From Pedosphaera sp. (GTDB lineage Bacteria; Verrucomicrobiota; Verrucomicrobiia; Limisphaerales; SIBH01): a stretch of 29,867 bases of DNA. Below, in pieces: positions 1 to 11,978 of the stretch (the first letter of the stretch is position 1; each line of letters begins with the position of its first letter). The position numbers and the translations under genes were made by a program. Where the stretch lies: NCBI GenBank assembly GCA_031414955.1, contig JANOQV010000150.1:1-29867 (forward strand), read 5' to 3'. The notes beneath the pieces were generated by a model. It ran no database searches. It saw only the letters and a program-made list of their open reading frames with translations, and was not told where the DNA came from.

Positions 1-1016
1 ATCCGAAAGTTTGTGTGCGGGTCAGAACTGAGCGAGAAGAAAGCACATGAGCAAGACGAAGACGGAAAAGACAAAACCGGAAGCTTTTAAGAACGGAAAG
101 ACGGGGCGGGACGTGACCCTGATCGATCAATGGATCGCGGAACATTACGAGGGGCCGGACGATATTCTGGGGAAGGAGGGCCTGCTGGCGCAGTTGACCA
201 AGGCGGTGGTGGAGCGGGCGCTGGGGGCGGAGTTGACGCATCACCTGGGCTACGCCCCGGGCGGAGCGCCGGACGAGGAAGGTGGCAACTGCCGCAACGG
301 CACGAGCGCCAAGACCGTGATCGGAGAAGGCGGCCAGGTGGAGATCGCGGTGCCGCGCGACCGGCACAGCACGTTCGAGCCGCGCCTGATCGCCAAGGGG
401 CAAAGACGCTTTGAAGGGTTCGACCAGAAGATCATCGCGATGTATGCGGGCGGGATGACGGTGCGGGAGATCCAGGGTCTGCTGCGCGAGCAGTATCAGG
501 TGGACGTGGGCCATGACTTCATCAGCACGGTGACCGACGCGGTGCTGGGCGAGGTGGTGGAATGGCAGAACCGGCCATTGGAACGGATGTATCCGATCGT
601 GTTCTTCGACGCGCTGCGGGTGAAGATTCGCCGCGACGGGACGGTGCAGAATCAGGCGGTGTATCTGGCGCTGGGGGTGGCCCCGGACGGGACGCGCGAC
701 GTGCTGGGCCTGTGGATCGAACAGACCGAAGGAGCGAAGTTCTGGCTGAAGGTGATGAACGAACTGCGCAACCGGGGCGTGAACGACCTGCTGATCGCGG
801 TGGTGGACGGGCTGAAGGGATTTCCCGAGGCGATCACGACGGCCTTTCCGCAGACGACGGTGCAGACGTGCATTGTGCATCTGACGCGCTTCAGTCTGGC
901 GTATTGCGCGTGGCAGGACCGGGCGAAGGTGGCCGGAGAGTTGAAGAACATCTACCGGGCGGCCAGTGCGGAAGAAGGGCAACGCCTGCTGGAGGTGTTT
1001 GCGGAGAGCGAGTTGC
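1..1016 (+). mobile_element. IS256-family element, left part only (the window starts inside its left terminal IR; the 3' part is lost at ~1010-1016)
   Basis: The window start ATCCGAAAGTTTGTGT resembles IS256-type ends. The ORF from 47 has IS256 motifs (NCRNG, VPRDRHSTFEP, YPIVFFDALRVKIR, DGLKGFPEAI, QTCIVHL). Confidence 0.85.
47..1016 (+). pseudogene. IS256-family (mutator-type) DDE transposase, C-terminally truncated
   Basis: Similarity stops after ...LLEVFAESEL. The rest of the 47..1249 ORF is unrelated read-through antisense to another gene, and the C-terminal catalytic Glu region is missing. Confidence 0.85.
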
Positions 1017-1173
1017 CGAGCGGTTTGAGGAAGCGAACCTCGACGAGCAGGGCGATGCGATCGGGATGGTGGCCGAGCAATGCGGCCGTCTGTTCGACAT
1101 CAAGGCGCGCGGGCAGGTGCCGCAGGTTCAGGAAGTTCGCGACGGAATTGGGGATGAGTTCGCGGCTGGGCAT
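1011..1173 (-). pseudogene. Small excisionase-like/HTH DNA-binding protein of a mobile element, 3' end replaced by IS256 sequence
   Basis: MPSRELIPNSVANFLNLRHLPARLDVEQTAALLGHHPDRIALLVEVRFLKPLGN has a wHTH-like pattern. After KPLGN it runs into IS256 antisense. Confidence 0.5.
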
Positions 1174-1175
1174 GG

Positions 1176-1283
1176 TCAGGATTGGGCTTTCTTGGCGGCT
1201 TCAATTCTATCATCAACGCCGTTCTTGTTGGCATCGACGAAGACCTTGAGTTGGCCGTGAGGATGCGCGAGGAGCCATGCAAG
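1176..1283 (-). pseudogene. C-terminal fragment of a phage-like hypothetical protein
   Basis: The minus frame reads AWLLAHPHGQLKVFVDANKNGVDDRIEAAKKAQS* and stops 2 nt before the ATG at 1173. No start is present. Confidence 0.35.
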
Positions 1284-1525
1284 CCGGTTCTGCTTTGCAT
1301 TCCATAATCACTCACCAACGCCAGCCGTTGGCTCCGCTCGTGAGCAACCCATTCACTTTCCCGGTAATCGTAATACTCATTCAACGCTGGATTCAAACCC
1401 ACCGTCACAACCTTCAAATGCGCCTTGGTTAGGTCCCCAAAGTAGGGCACGGGCCGTCATTCATTGACCACCTGGTTTTCGCACGCTGGATTGCCAACGC
1501 ACCGATGACATCTTTCAACAGACAT
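1284..1525 (-). pseudogene. N-terminal fragment of a uracil-DNA-glycosylase-like protein with an in-frame TGA
   Basis: MSVERCHRCVGNPACENQVVNE*RPVPYFGDLTKAHLKVVTVGLNPALNEY: the PYFGD...VVTVGLNP motif is typical of UDG-like superfamily N-termini. Similarity is lost near 1284. Confidence 0.45.
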
Positions 1526-1620
1526 TTCCAAATTCTAGCCGCCCGACCGTTCCGAACCCCAGCTGCCATATCCCGCCGGCTTTGTCGCCGCTTTGGGGCT
1601 TCACGCAACACGAAGCAGCC

Positions 1621-1995
1621 TCACGGCCTCGGCAGATACTCAATGCGGTCGGCCCAATCCCAATCCTTCGCTTCTCGCCACAAGTTCACCAGCAATCGCG
1701 CCTGCTTGCCGTAAGCCGTGGTCGGCACCGAACGGCGAAAGAGGATGACCCCGGCATGGCCCACGCCTTCGCGGGTCAGGGTACCGGCGTGCAACGGCAT
1801 GCTCGCACGGTCAAAGCCCACCAAAATCATTTCGTGCTCACGCAACGTCATCAGCAAGGCCGGGTCTTTCACGGACAGGTAAGCGCCATTTTCCCACTCG
1901 GAGATGTGCATGATCGGAAACCCATCTTCGATCTGCTGGCATGCTGCCACCAGCCGGTGCGAAGTGTTTTCGTCGGCGAGCAGGCTCGGTTTCAA
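1621..1995 (-). CDS. DUF5615-family PIN-like toxin (VapC45-like)
   Basis: LLADEN N-terminal motif, D..LL, ILVGFD and HAGVILF motifs. The start overlaps the upstream antitoxin stop (ATGA). Confidence 0.8.
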   Translation of the reverse strand: MKPSLLADENTSHRLVAACQQIEDGFPIMHISEWENGAYLSVKDPALLMTLREHEMILVGFDRASMPLHAGTLTREGVGHAGVILFRRSVPTTAYGKQARLLVNLWREAKDWDWADRIEYLPRP

Positions 1996-2354
1996 GCGCC
2001 AACCTCAGCCTTGCGTTGCTGCTCGATGTCGCCGCGAAACGCCTTGGCGAACGCCATCGCGCACCGGACCAGCGCGGGCGGCCAGCGAAAATGGTCAGCC
2101 GCCTTGGCGACAGTCTTCACTTCGTGAAGCACGTCCGCCACTTCCCATACGGCGACGCGATGCCCCTGGACATAGGCTTCACGGCCGCCGGCACCGTCCC
2201 GAAAGCCAATGCCAGGATACTCCTCTTCCAATGCCTTTTCCTTCAGGTAAAGGCTGCTCAGGGTGGACACTTCCAGATGACGGCGCTTGGCCTGGCGGGC
2301 CAGCAACGCCGCGTGGTCTGCTTCGATTCGACAGGATTGTACGATGGTCGGCAT
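1992..2354 (-). CDS. DUF433-domain antitoxin (VapB45-like) with an N-terminal RHH-like DNA-binding region
   Basis: Start chosen at MPTIVQS (2354). YPGIGFRDGAGGREAYVQGHRVAVWEV...AADHFRW is the DUF433 signature. Confidence 0.8.
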   Translation of the reverse strand: MPTIVQSCRIEADHAALLARQAKRRHLEVSTLSSLYLKEKALEEEYPGIGFRDGAGGREAYVQGHRVAVWEVADVLHEVKTVAKAADHFRWPPALVRCAMAFAKAFRGDIEQQRKAEVGA

Positions 2355-2360
2355 GACGGC

Positions 2361-2389
2361 ACTCTCGTTTACAACGTAAACACTGTCAA
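2361..2389 (-). promoter_or_regulatory. Sigma70 promoter of the TA operon with a palindromic operator in the spacer
   Basis: TTGACA (2389-2384), 17-bp spacer, GAGAGT (2366-2361), then ATG 6 nt downstream. The inverted repeat GTTTAC-AAC-GTAAAC (2367-2381) fills the spacer. Confidence 0.65.
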
Positions 2390-2425
2390 GCGCGCCGGAC
2401 ATCCGCTGAACCACGGACGCGCGAC

Positions 2426-2867
2426 GTGCGCGCCCCAGGCCAAGGGCAAGATCGAACGCCAGCACCAATACTGGCAGGGCCGCCTGCCCGCGCTCTTCGC
2501 CGCCGAAACCATCACCACGCCCGAAGCGGCCAACCTCCTCCTGCCCGCCCTGCGCCGCCCTGCGCGCCAAGCACAGCATGTTGCGCGTCGTGCCACGCTG
2601 CGCCTGGTGGCCCTACATCTGGAGCCGCCGCACCACGCTCCAAGTCGGTCCCGATGGTCGTGTCCCCATCGGCCACGAACGCTTGCGCGTGGGCGTGAGT
2701 GCCGGCACCCGCGTCGTCCACGGTCTCCAGCCCAATGGCACCATCAGCATCCTCGCCCACGAACCTAAAACCGGAGAACGGCCCGCCCTCCTCCTGCAAA
2801 TCCGCGCCTGAGGCGGCTGTCCGCCTTTGCTCGCACACTTTTGTTCGCCTTTGAAATCCTCACGACA
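2426..2867 (+). mobile_element. 3' remnant of an IS481/IS1202-like element (transposase C-terminal fragments plus right end)
   Basis: APQAKGKIERQHQYWQGRLP is the integrase-core Glu motif. A second frame gives ALRAKHSMLRVVPRCAWWPYIW...LLQIRA* (stop 2811). Subterminal repeats GTCCGCCTTT/GTTCGCCTTT and the end ...CACGACA (5'-TGT terminus) at 2867. Confidence 0.6.
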
Positions 2868-2883
2868 GCGGCGGACTCCATCG

Positions 2884-5278
<2,395 letters not shown>

Positions 5279-5305
5279 TGCCCCTGCGCCGCTGGCGCTG
5301 ACGCT

Positions 5306-6043
5306 GTGAGCGCACCCACTCTCCAACTCAGTCCGCAGGCCAAGTCCACGTTGCCCACACATGTGGCCATCATCATGGACGGCAACGGGCGCTGGGCCAA
5401 GGAGCGCGGTCTGCCCCGGGTCGAGGGCCACCGCAACGGGGTCGAGTCGGTGCGCGCCGTGGTGCGGGCGGCGGGCGAGGTGGGCATCAAGTACCTCACC
5501 CTTTACGCCTTCTCAGTCGAGAACTGGAACCGCCCCAAGGACGAGGTGGACACGCTGATGAAGTATCTCGCGCGTTTCCTCAAGAACGAGATCGGCGAAC
5601 TGACCCGCAACAACGTGCGTCTGGAAGTGATTGGCCAGATTTACCGTCTGCCCGAGTTCGTGCAGGAGCAGTTAAAAAAAACCCAGGCGGCACTGGCCAA
5701 ACATAACGGCCTCACTTTGATCCTTGCGCTTAGCTACGGTGGCCGGCAGGAGATCGTGGAAGGCGTGCGCGCCCTCGCCACCAAGGTCAAGGCGGGCCGG
5801 CTCGAACCGGCCGAAATCACCGAGCAGGTCATCTCGCAGCATCTTTACACGCACCAGTATCCCGATCCGGACCTGCTCATCCGCACCAGCGGCGAATTGC
5901 GCGTAAGCAACTTCCTCCTCTGGCAGATTTCCTATGCGGAGTTTGTCGTCACGCCGAAGCTCTGGCCGGAATTTCGCCGACCCGAGTTTTTCGACGCATT
6001 GGAGGAATACACGCGGCGGCATCGGCGCTTTGGCGCGGTGTGA
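5306..6043 (+). CDS. uppS: Undecaprenyl diphosphate synthase (isoprenyl transferase)
   Basis: HVAIIMDGNGRWA, YAFSVENWNRP and PDLLIRTSGELRVSNFLLWQISYAE motifs. Confidence 0.97.
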   Translation: MSAPTLQLSPQAKSTLPTHVAIIMDGNGRWAKERGLPRVEGHRNGVESVRAVVRAAGEVGIKYLTLYAFSVENWNRPKDEVDTLMKYLARFLKNEIGELTRNNVRLEVIGQIYRLPEFVQEQLKKTQAALAKHNGLTLILALSYGGRQEIVEGVRALATKVKAGRLEPAEITEQVISQHLYTHQYPDPDLLIRTSGELRVSNFLLWQISYAEFVVTPKLWPEFRRPEFFDALEEYTRRHRRFGAV

Positions 6044-9000
6044 GCAGCCGCGCCCGGCCGCAAATCCACTTTACACACCACACTCCGGCTCGGAACACTC
6101 CGACCGTGCCGATATACCGCTGGCTTCCCGCGCTCGTCCCGGTGCTGCTGATCCTGGGCGCGGTGTGCGGCCCGGCCGAGTTGGTGGCGGCGGTTCCGCC
6201 CCGTTTCTCCATTCAAACCTGGGAGACGGACGAAGGGCTTCCGAATCGTTCCGTGGTTTCGATGGCTCAGACGCCGGACGGCTATCTTTGGCTCGGCACG
6301 TTGCAGGGGTTGGCGCGTTTCGATGGCGTCAGTTTCAAGGTTTTCGATCAGGAGAACACCCCCGCCTTGAAGGACAACCGTATCCTGCATCTGTTTGCCG
6401 ACAGCCGGGGCACGCTTTGGATCGGCACCGAGCATTCCGGCACCCTCCAACTACGGGCGGATCAAATCTCCGCTCCGACGGAACTCTCCAGCGGCGGGAG
6501 CGAACGAAGGCTGATGGCCGCGTGCGAGGATGCCTCGGGCGCAGTGTGGCTCTACAATGCCAATGGTGAAGTCTGGCGATACGCACAGAACCGCTTCACG
6601 CCCTTCATCATTACTCCGCACGAGGAGAGCCGCTGGCGGACCATCATCCAGGAAACGAACGGGCCGGTCTGGGTCGGCACCATGCGCCGCCAATTCGCGA
6701 TCGGCGACCTTGCGGAGCATGATTCGCTGGCCTTGCCCACGCACCTGGAAATAAACGCGGGCCTGTTGAACTCCCTGGTGCCAAGCGCGCGGGGCGGGTA
6801 TTGGCGGCTCGGGCTGGGCATCCAGAAATGGACCACGAACCGGCTGGAGCGCGATTTCGGCCATTACCCCGGAGGGCTGGTCCCCACGGCCGCGTGCGAG
6901 GATCGGGAAGGCAACCTGATCATCGGCACGCAAGGATTGGGCGTTTTCATCATTGGCCTGGACGGGGCGATCACGTCCATTTCCACCAACCACCAACTTT
7001 CCCACAATTGGATTCAATCATTGCTCGTGGATCACGAGGGCACTTTGTGGGTCGGGACGGACGGCGGCGGGTTGAACCGCGTCCGCCGGCAGTCCTTCAA
7101 CGTGGTGGAAAACACCACGCGCTGGAGCGTGCGCTCCGTGACGGAAGATGCGGCGGGTGATTTGTGGATCGGCACGGTGCGCGACTCGCTCGGGCATTGG
7201 GTTCGGGGCACGAATCAACTGGAGCAGCTCACAGTTTCCCGGAGCGGCCATTCCATCAGCTCGGTCTATTCCGACCGCAGCAACCGCTTGTGGATCGCGA
7301 CGGCGGGCGGCGAACTGCTCCTGCGCGAGCACGGCCGGCCGGATCAGCCCGCGGGCGGCGGTCTGATCCAAGGCACGGTGCGGGCCATTCACGAGGACCG
7401 GTCGGGGCGACTCTGGTTTGGTTCCTCCTCCGGGCTGGCCAGCCTGAGGAACGCCGAATGGAAAAAGTTCACAACTTCCGATGGCCTGGGTTCGGACCAA
7501 ATCACCGCGATCACGGACGCTCCTGGCGGCCTGCTCTGGGTGGGCACGGCGCGTGGCGGCCTTTATCGCCTGGAGGAAAATCGCTTCACCGAAGTGCAAA
7601 AGCCGGCGGGCCAGGCTGCGGATGACATCCGGGCGCTTTGGTCGGACAACGATGATGTGCTTTGGGCCACCACCTCGGGCAATGGGCTGCTGAGATTCAA
7701 GGGACGTCAGTCCAGCCGGTTCACGGTGCGGGACGGCCTGCCCAGCAACCGGCTTGGGTTCATCATCGAGGATCGGGAGGCCAATCTGTGGATCGGTTCG
7801 AGCAAGGGACTGTTGCGCCTGGCCCGGCGCTCGGCGGCGCTCTTCGCGGAAGGCCACTTATCCTCGCTCCCATGCCGCACGTATCGCAAAGAGGACGGAC
7901 TGGGATTGCCCACGAGTGAATGCGCCACCGATTCGCAACCGGGAGCCTGGTTGGGGCGGGATGGGACGCTCTGGTTTGCCACGGCCAAAGGTTTGGTGTC
8001 GGCCAATCCCGCGCAACTCCGCCCCAACACCAATCCACCTCCGGTGAACATCGAACTGGCCCTCGTGGATGATGTCATCCGGCCCGCGCGCGACTTTGAG
8101 GGCCGGCCCGCCCTAGTCCTGCATCCAGGAGATGAGCGGTTGCACATCCACTATTCGAGCCTGAACCTTGGCCCGACCAACAGCGTGCGCTTCCGTCATC
8201 GGTTGGAAGGCTATCAAAAGGACTGGAGCGAGGCGGGCAATGATCGGGTGGCGAAATTCCTAAAACTGACTTCGGGCCGTTACACCTTTCACGTCATGGC
8301 GGCGAATGAGGACGGGGTGTGGAATGAAATCGGCAGCACCCTGGCCGTGATCGTGCGCCCTCCGTTCTGGAGCACCTGGTGGTTCCTCGGCGCGGCGGCG
8401 GTGGCGGGCTTCGGGCTGGTCGCGGGCATCGTCCACTTTCTCTCCACGCAAAAACTGGAACGACAGCTCGCCCTCCTGCGGGAAAAGGAAGTGCTGGAAA
8501 AGGAACGCGCCCGCATCGCCCGCGACATTCATGACCAGGTCGGGGCCAGCCTCACCCAGGTCGCGCTGCTGGGCGAACTCGTCCAGACGGACAAGGATTC
8601 CCCCGGCGAGGTGCTCGAACACGCGCAGCAGATTTCGCTCACCGCCCGGGAGACCACCCGGGCGCTGGATGAAATTGTATGGACGGTCAATCCGCAGAAC
8701 GACACCTTGGAAGGGCTGGTGAATTACATCTGCAAATACGCGCAGGATTATCTCGCCGTGGCCGGGGTGCGCTACCGCTTTGACATTCCGGCGCAGGTGC
8801 CGGCCCGGGCGGTAGCTCCCGAAGTGCGGCACAATGTCTTCCTCGCCTCCAAGGAAGCCGTGACCAACATCGTGCGCCACGCCCAAGGCTCGTCGGCCTG
8901 GCTTCGCATCCGACTCGAGCCAGCCTCGGTCGTTTTGGAAATCGAAGACAACGGTCGCGGCGTCGCCGACCTCGACGTGGACGCGCCGCGCACGCGGAAC

Positions 9001-9108
9001 GGACTCAAGAACATGCGCAAGCGCCTGGAGGACATCGGCGGTTCCTTCTCCCTCACCCCCGGTCCCGAGGGGGGCGCGCTGGTGCGCCTCACGTTCCCCC
9101 TGACCTGA
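6040..9108 (+). CDS. Sensor histidine kinase with Reg_prop beta-propeller repeats, a Y_Y_Y domain, a TM helix, HisKA_3 and HATPase domains (true start may be GTG ~6106)
   Basis: Signal peptide; repeated D..G.LWIGT..GL units; YTFHVMAANEDGVWN; ERARIARDIHDQVG H-box; EAVTNIVRHA and EDNGRG motifs. Confidence 0.93.
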   Translation: MSSRARPQIHFTHHTPARNTPTVPIYRWLPALVPVLLILGAVCGPAELVAAVPPRFSIQTWETDEGLPNRSVVSMAQTPDGYLWLGTLQGLARFDGVSFKVFDQENTPALKDNRILHLFADSRGTLWIGTEHSGTLQLRADQISAPTELSSGGSERRLMAACEDASGAVWLYNANGEVWRYAQNRFTPFIITPHEESRWRTIIQETNGPVWVGTMRRQFAIGDLAEHDSLALPTHLEINAGLLNSLVPSARGGYWRLGLGIQKWTTNRLERDFGHYPGGLVPTAACEDREGNLIIGTQGLGVFIIGLDGAITSISTNHQLSHNWIQSLLVDHEGTLWVGTDGGGLNRVRRQSFNVVENTTRWSVRSVTEDAAGDLWIGTVRDSLGHWVRGTNQLEQLTVSRSGHSISSVYSDRSNRLWIATAGGELLLREHGRPDQPAGGGLIQGTVRAIHEDRSGRLWFGSSSGLASLRNAEWKKFTTSDGLGSDQITAITDAPGGLLWVGTARGGLYRLEENRFTEVQKPAGQAADDIRALWSDNDDVLWATTSGNGLLRFKGRQSSRFTVRDGLPSNRLGFIIEDREANLWIGSSKGLLRLARRSAALFAEGHLSSLPCRTYRKEDGLGLPTSECATDSQPGAWLGRDGTLWFATAKGLVSANPAQLRPNTNPPPVNIELALVDDVIRPARDFEGRPALVLHPGDERLHIHYSSLNLGPTNSVRFRHRLEGYQKDWSEAGNDRVAKFLKLTSGRYTFHVMAANEDGVWNEIGSTLAVIVRPPFWSTWWFLGAAAVAGFGLVAGIVHFLSTQKLERQLALLREKEVLEKERARIARDIHDQVGASLTQVALLGELVQTDKDSPGEVLEHAQQISLTARETTRALDEIVWTVNPQNDTLEGLVNYICKYAQDYLAVAGVRYRFDIPAQVPARAVAPEVRHNVFLASKEAVTNIVRHAQGSSAWLRIRLEPASVVLEIEDNGRGVADLDVDAPRTRNGLKNMRKRLEDIGGSFSLTPGPEGGALVRLTFPLT

Positions 9109-9117
9109 TTTCCAACC

Positions 9118-9747
9118 ATGCCCATCCACGTTTCCATTGTTGAAGACAACGACCAGTTGCGAAAAACCCTGGCCCGCGTGCTGAACCGCGCGGAGGGGTT
9201 CGAGTGCGTCAGTGACTACCCCAACGCCGAGGGCGCCCTCGAAGATTTGCCGACGAAGAATCCCAACGTCGTGCTCATGGACATCAATCTGCCGGGCATG
9301 AACGGGGTAGAGTGCGTGCGCAAGCTCAAGCAGATCGCCCCGCAGATTCAGATCATGATGCTCACCGTGTACGAAGACACGGAGAACATCTTCGCCGCCC
9401 TCGCGGCCGGCGCTTCCGGCTACATGCTCAAGCGCACCGCCACGCCCGAACTGCTCGACTCAATCCGGGAAGTGCATCGCGGCGGCTCGCCCATGACCGC
9501 GCACATCGCCCGGATGGTCGTGTCCTCGTTCCAGAAGTCCGCCGCCGTGGCCGCCTCCACCACCGAGGACCTTTCGCCCCGGGAACGGGAGGTGCTCGAC
9601 TTTCTGAGCCAGGGTTTTCTCTACAAGGAAATCGCCGAGAAGCTCGGCATCAGCTACGAGACCGTCCACACCTACGTCCGCCGCATCTACGAGAAGCTGC
9701 AAGTCCGCACGCGCACCGAAGCGGTGGCGAAATTTCTGCGCCGTTAG
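9118..9747 (+). CDS. NarL/FixJ-family response regulator (REC + LuxR HTH)
   Basis: VEDN, LMDINLPG and GYMLK in the receiver domain; LSPREREVL...YKEIAEKLGISYETVHTYVRRIYEKL. Confidence 0.95.
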   Translation: MPIHVSIVEDNDQLRKTLARVLNRAEGFECVSDYPNAEGALEDLPTKNPNVVLMDINLPGMNGVECVRKLKQIAPQIQIMMLTVYEDTENIFAALAAGASGYMLKRTATPELLDSIREVHRGGSPMTAHIARMVVSSFQKSAAVAASTTEDLSPREREVLDFLSQGFLYKEIAEKLGISYETVHTYVRRIYEKLQVRTRTEAVAKFLRR

Positions 9748-9906
9748 GAAAGCCTCGCCGGGCGCGGGCCTCGGGCCTCGTCCAGGCGTCGGCGTCCGCC
9801 GCAGAACTGCGGCCGGAAACGTCGGTGATTTGCGTGCCAGGTCACGCCCGGCTGCTGGGGGTGCGGGGTCAGGGCCGACGCATCAAAATGTTTGGTTCCA
9901 CGGGCT

Positions 9907-10032
9907 GAAACCCAAAATCCAAATCCCAAATCCCAAATAAGCTCTCAATTCCAAACTCCCATGGGGGTGCGAACGCCTGGTTTTGGAATTTGGGCCGTTG
10001 GAATTTATTTGGAATTTGGGTTTTTGGTTTTC
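9907..10032. repeat. AT-rich imperfect palindrome built from heptamer-like repeats
   Basis: The left arm has CCCAAAA/TCCAAAT/CCCAAAT units and the right arm has TTGGAAT/TTTGGG units. Confidence 0.7.
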
Positions 10033-10124
10033 GTGCGAAACACCGCGAAATTAGATGCGTCGGCCCTGGGGTGCGGGTGCATGTGTCTTGGCAATCCGCG
10101 CTGGGTTACATACGCTGCCCACGC

Positions 10125-11291
10125 ATGCAGAATGGTCCTGGCAGGGAGCAACGGCGCGACGGCCCGGCAAACCGCTGTCAGTGGCTGCGCCACGGGCGGG
10201 AGGCTATCGCGGCGATGCTTGACCTCATCGGCCAAGCCCAGAGCACCATCCGTCTGGAGACGTTCATCTTCCACCCCGACGAAATTGGGAACTCTTTCCG
10301 GACGGCCCTGCTGGCCGCGCAGCAGCGCGGTGTGCGGGTGCGCGTGATGTGCGACGCGGTGGGTTCGATCACCTTGCGAGCCAGTTACTGGGAGGAACTG
10401 GTCGCGGCCGGAGGCGAGTTCCGCTGGTTCAATCCGCTCGATCTCAAGCGGCTCATCCACCGCGACCATCGAAAAATTCTGGTCGTGGACGACGAAGTGG
10501 CCGTCATCGGCGGTTTCAACATCGGGGCGAATTACGCCGGGGACGGCGTGATCAGCGGCTGGCGCGATCTCGGCCTGCTCATTCGTGGTTCCATGGCCGG
10601 CCAACTGGCGGACGCTTTCAATCATCTCTTCGTGCAGGCTGAGTTCCGCCATAGCCGCTTCCAGCGCCTGCGCCGCACGCGCTCCGAAACCAGCCTGACC
10701 GGGCCGGGCTGGACGCTGTTGTTAAGCGGTCCCGGGCGCGGGCATCGGGCCTTGAAGCGGGCGCTGGCGCAGGACTTTTCCCGCGCGCGATCCATCCAAA
10801 TCATGTCCGCCTATTTTCTGCCGAACCTGCGCCTCCTCCGGGAACTGAAGAGGGCGGCCAAACGAGGAGCGAGGGTGCAACTCATCCTCGCCGGCAAGAG
10901 CGATGTCTGGCTGATGAGCCTGGCCACGCGCGGCCTATACGCCGCGCTGCTCCGGGCCGGCGTGGAGGTGCATGAATACACGCCGCAGGTGTTGCATGCG
11001 AAACTGGTGATTGTGGATGACGTGATCTACGCCGGTTCGGCGAACCTGGATGCGCGCAGCCTGAGCATCAACTACGAGGTGCTGGCGCGGATCACGGACA
11101 CGCGGCTGGCGGCCCAGGCCCGGCGGCTTTTCGCAGCCGATCTGAAGCACTGCCATCGCGTGGAGCGGCGCGCTTTGGGCCAGCCGCGCGGCTGGTGGCA
11201 GGGTGTGCTGGAGCGGTGCGCCTTCTTCATCCTGGCGCGGATTGATCCCTATCTTGCCCGTCGGCAGCAGCACCGGCTGATCAACTCGTGA
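10125..11291 (+). CDS. Phospholipase D-family protein, cardiolipin synthase (ClsB-like)
   Basis: Two HKD motifs: HRKILVVDDEVAVIGGFN and HAKLVIVDDVIYAGSANLD. Start taken at MQNGP (10125). Confidence 0.88.
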   Translation: MQNGPGREQRRDGPANRCQWLRHGREAIAAMLDLIGQAQSTIRLETFIFHPDEIGNSFRTALLAAQQRGVRVRVMCDAVGSITLRASYWEELVAAGGEFRWFNPLDLKRLIHRDHRKILVVDDEVAVIGGFNIGANYAGDGVISGWRDLGLLIRGSMAGQLADAFNHLFVQAEFRHSRFQRLRRTRSETSLTGPGWTLLLSGPGRGHRALKRALAQDFSRARSIQIMSAYFLPNLRLLRELKRAAKRGARVQLILAGKSDVWLMSLATRGLYAALLRAGVEVHEYTPQVLHAKLVIVDDVIYAGSANLDARSLSINYEVLARITDTRLAAQARRLFAADLKHCHRVERRALGQPRGWWQGVLERCAFFILARIDPYLARRQQHRLINS

Positions 11292-11574
11292 ACGCAGATT
11301 GCGCTTTTGAAGCGGACCACAACCCAAGGACAAGTGCTGTGCGTGCATTTCCATATCCACCGCGCCTCCCGCAAAGACCGCCACCAGCTCGTCAGCCAGC
11401 GGAAGGGCGCCCCCAACATGGACAACCTGGACATTGGGCACCGGCGCGGAAAGAAGTCCGAATGCGATGCCCAAGTCAACGAGATGGGCGGCGCGGATTC
11501 AGGACCAGCACTGCGACCTATTGAGACTCGTGCCATGGAGTGACAGCCATGATGCGACAGGCGTGTCTGTAGAA

Positions 11575-11642
11575 GGAGCGCCGAGCATTGCTCGGCATGA
11601 GTGGAACGCCGCCCCTTCGGGCCGAGCAATGCTCGGCGCTCC
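11575..11642. repeat. REP doublet (REPIN-like)
   Basis: GGAGCGCCGAGCATTGCTCGGC (11575-11596) and its exact reverse complement (11621-11642). Each unit is itself a hairpin. Confidence 0.8.
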
Positions 11643-11978
11643 GTCATTCTATGGCACGAGCCCCAGTAATTCATCGTGAACCGCATCCACAAGACGATGG
11701 CCGGGCGTTCAGAGCATACCGCAAGTGGGCGGCGCGGCGCGGTGTGCGCGCGTCCTCCGACCGAACCGACAAAAATGTGGGACCGCAAAACGGCGGCTTC
11801 GGGCCACAGCCTGTCAGTCCACATGCCGGGAAACACCCATGGAACAAGCATGACCAATCATCCCTGCTGACCATGCGGCCCCAGCCGCATGGCCGGGCCT
11901 GGTTTGGTCGAACCCGATTCAACTCCGGCGGCTGAGTTTTCCCTTTAGTCCCCCGGCGCGTTCGGAATAACTTCCGCC

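Noticed and set aside
1017..1249. C-terminal part of the 400-aa IS256 ORF as a real domain
   Set aside because: It is Arg/Ser-rich read-through antisense to other gene fragments and lacks IS256 C-terminal motifs.
11292..11978. Short ORFs between the PLD gene and the CNNM operon
   Set aside because: No frame shows recognisable motifs or a convincing start, so the region was left uncalled apart from the REP doublet.
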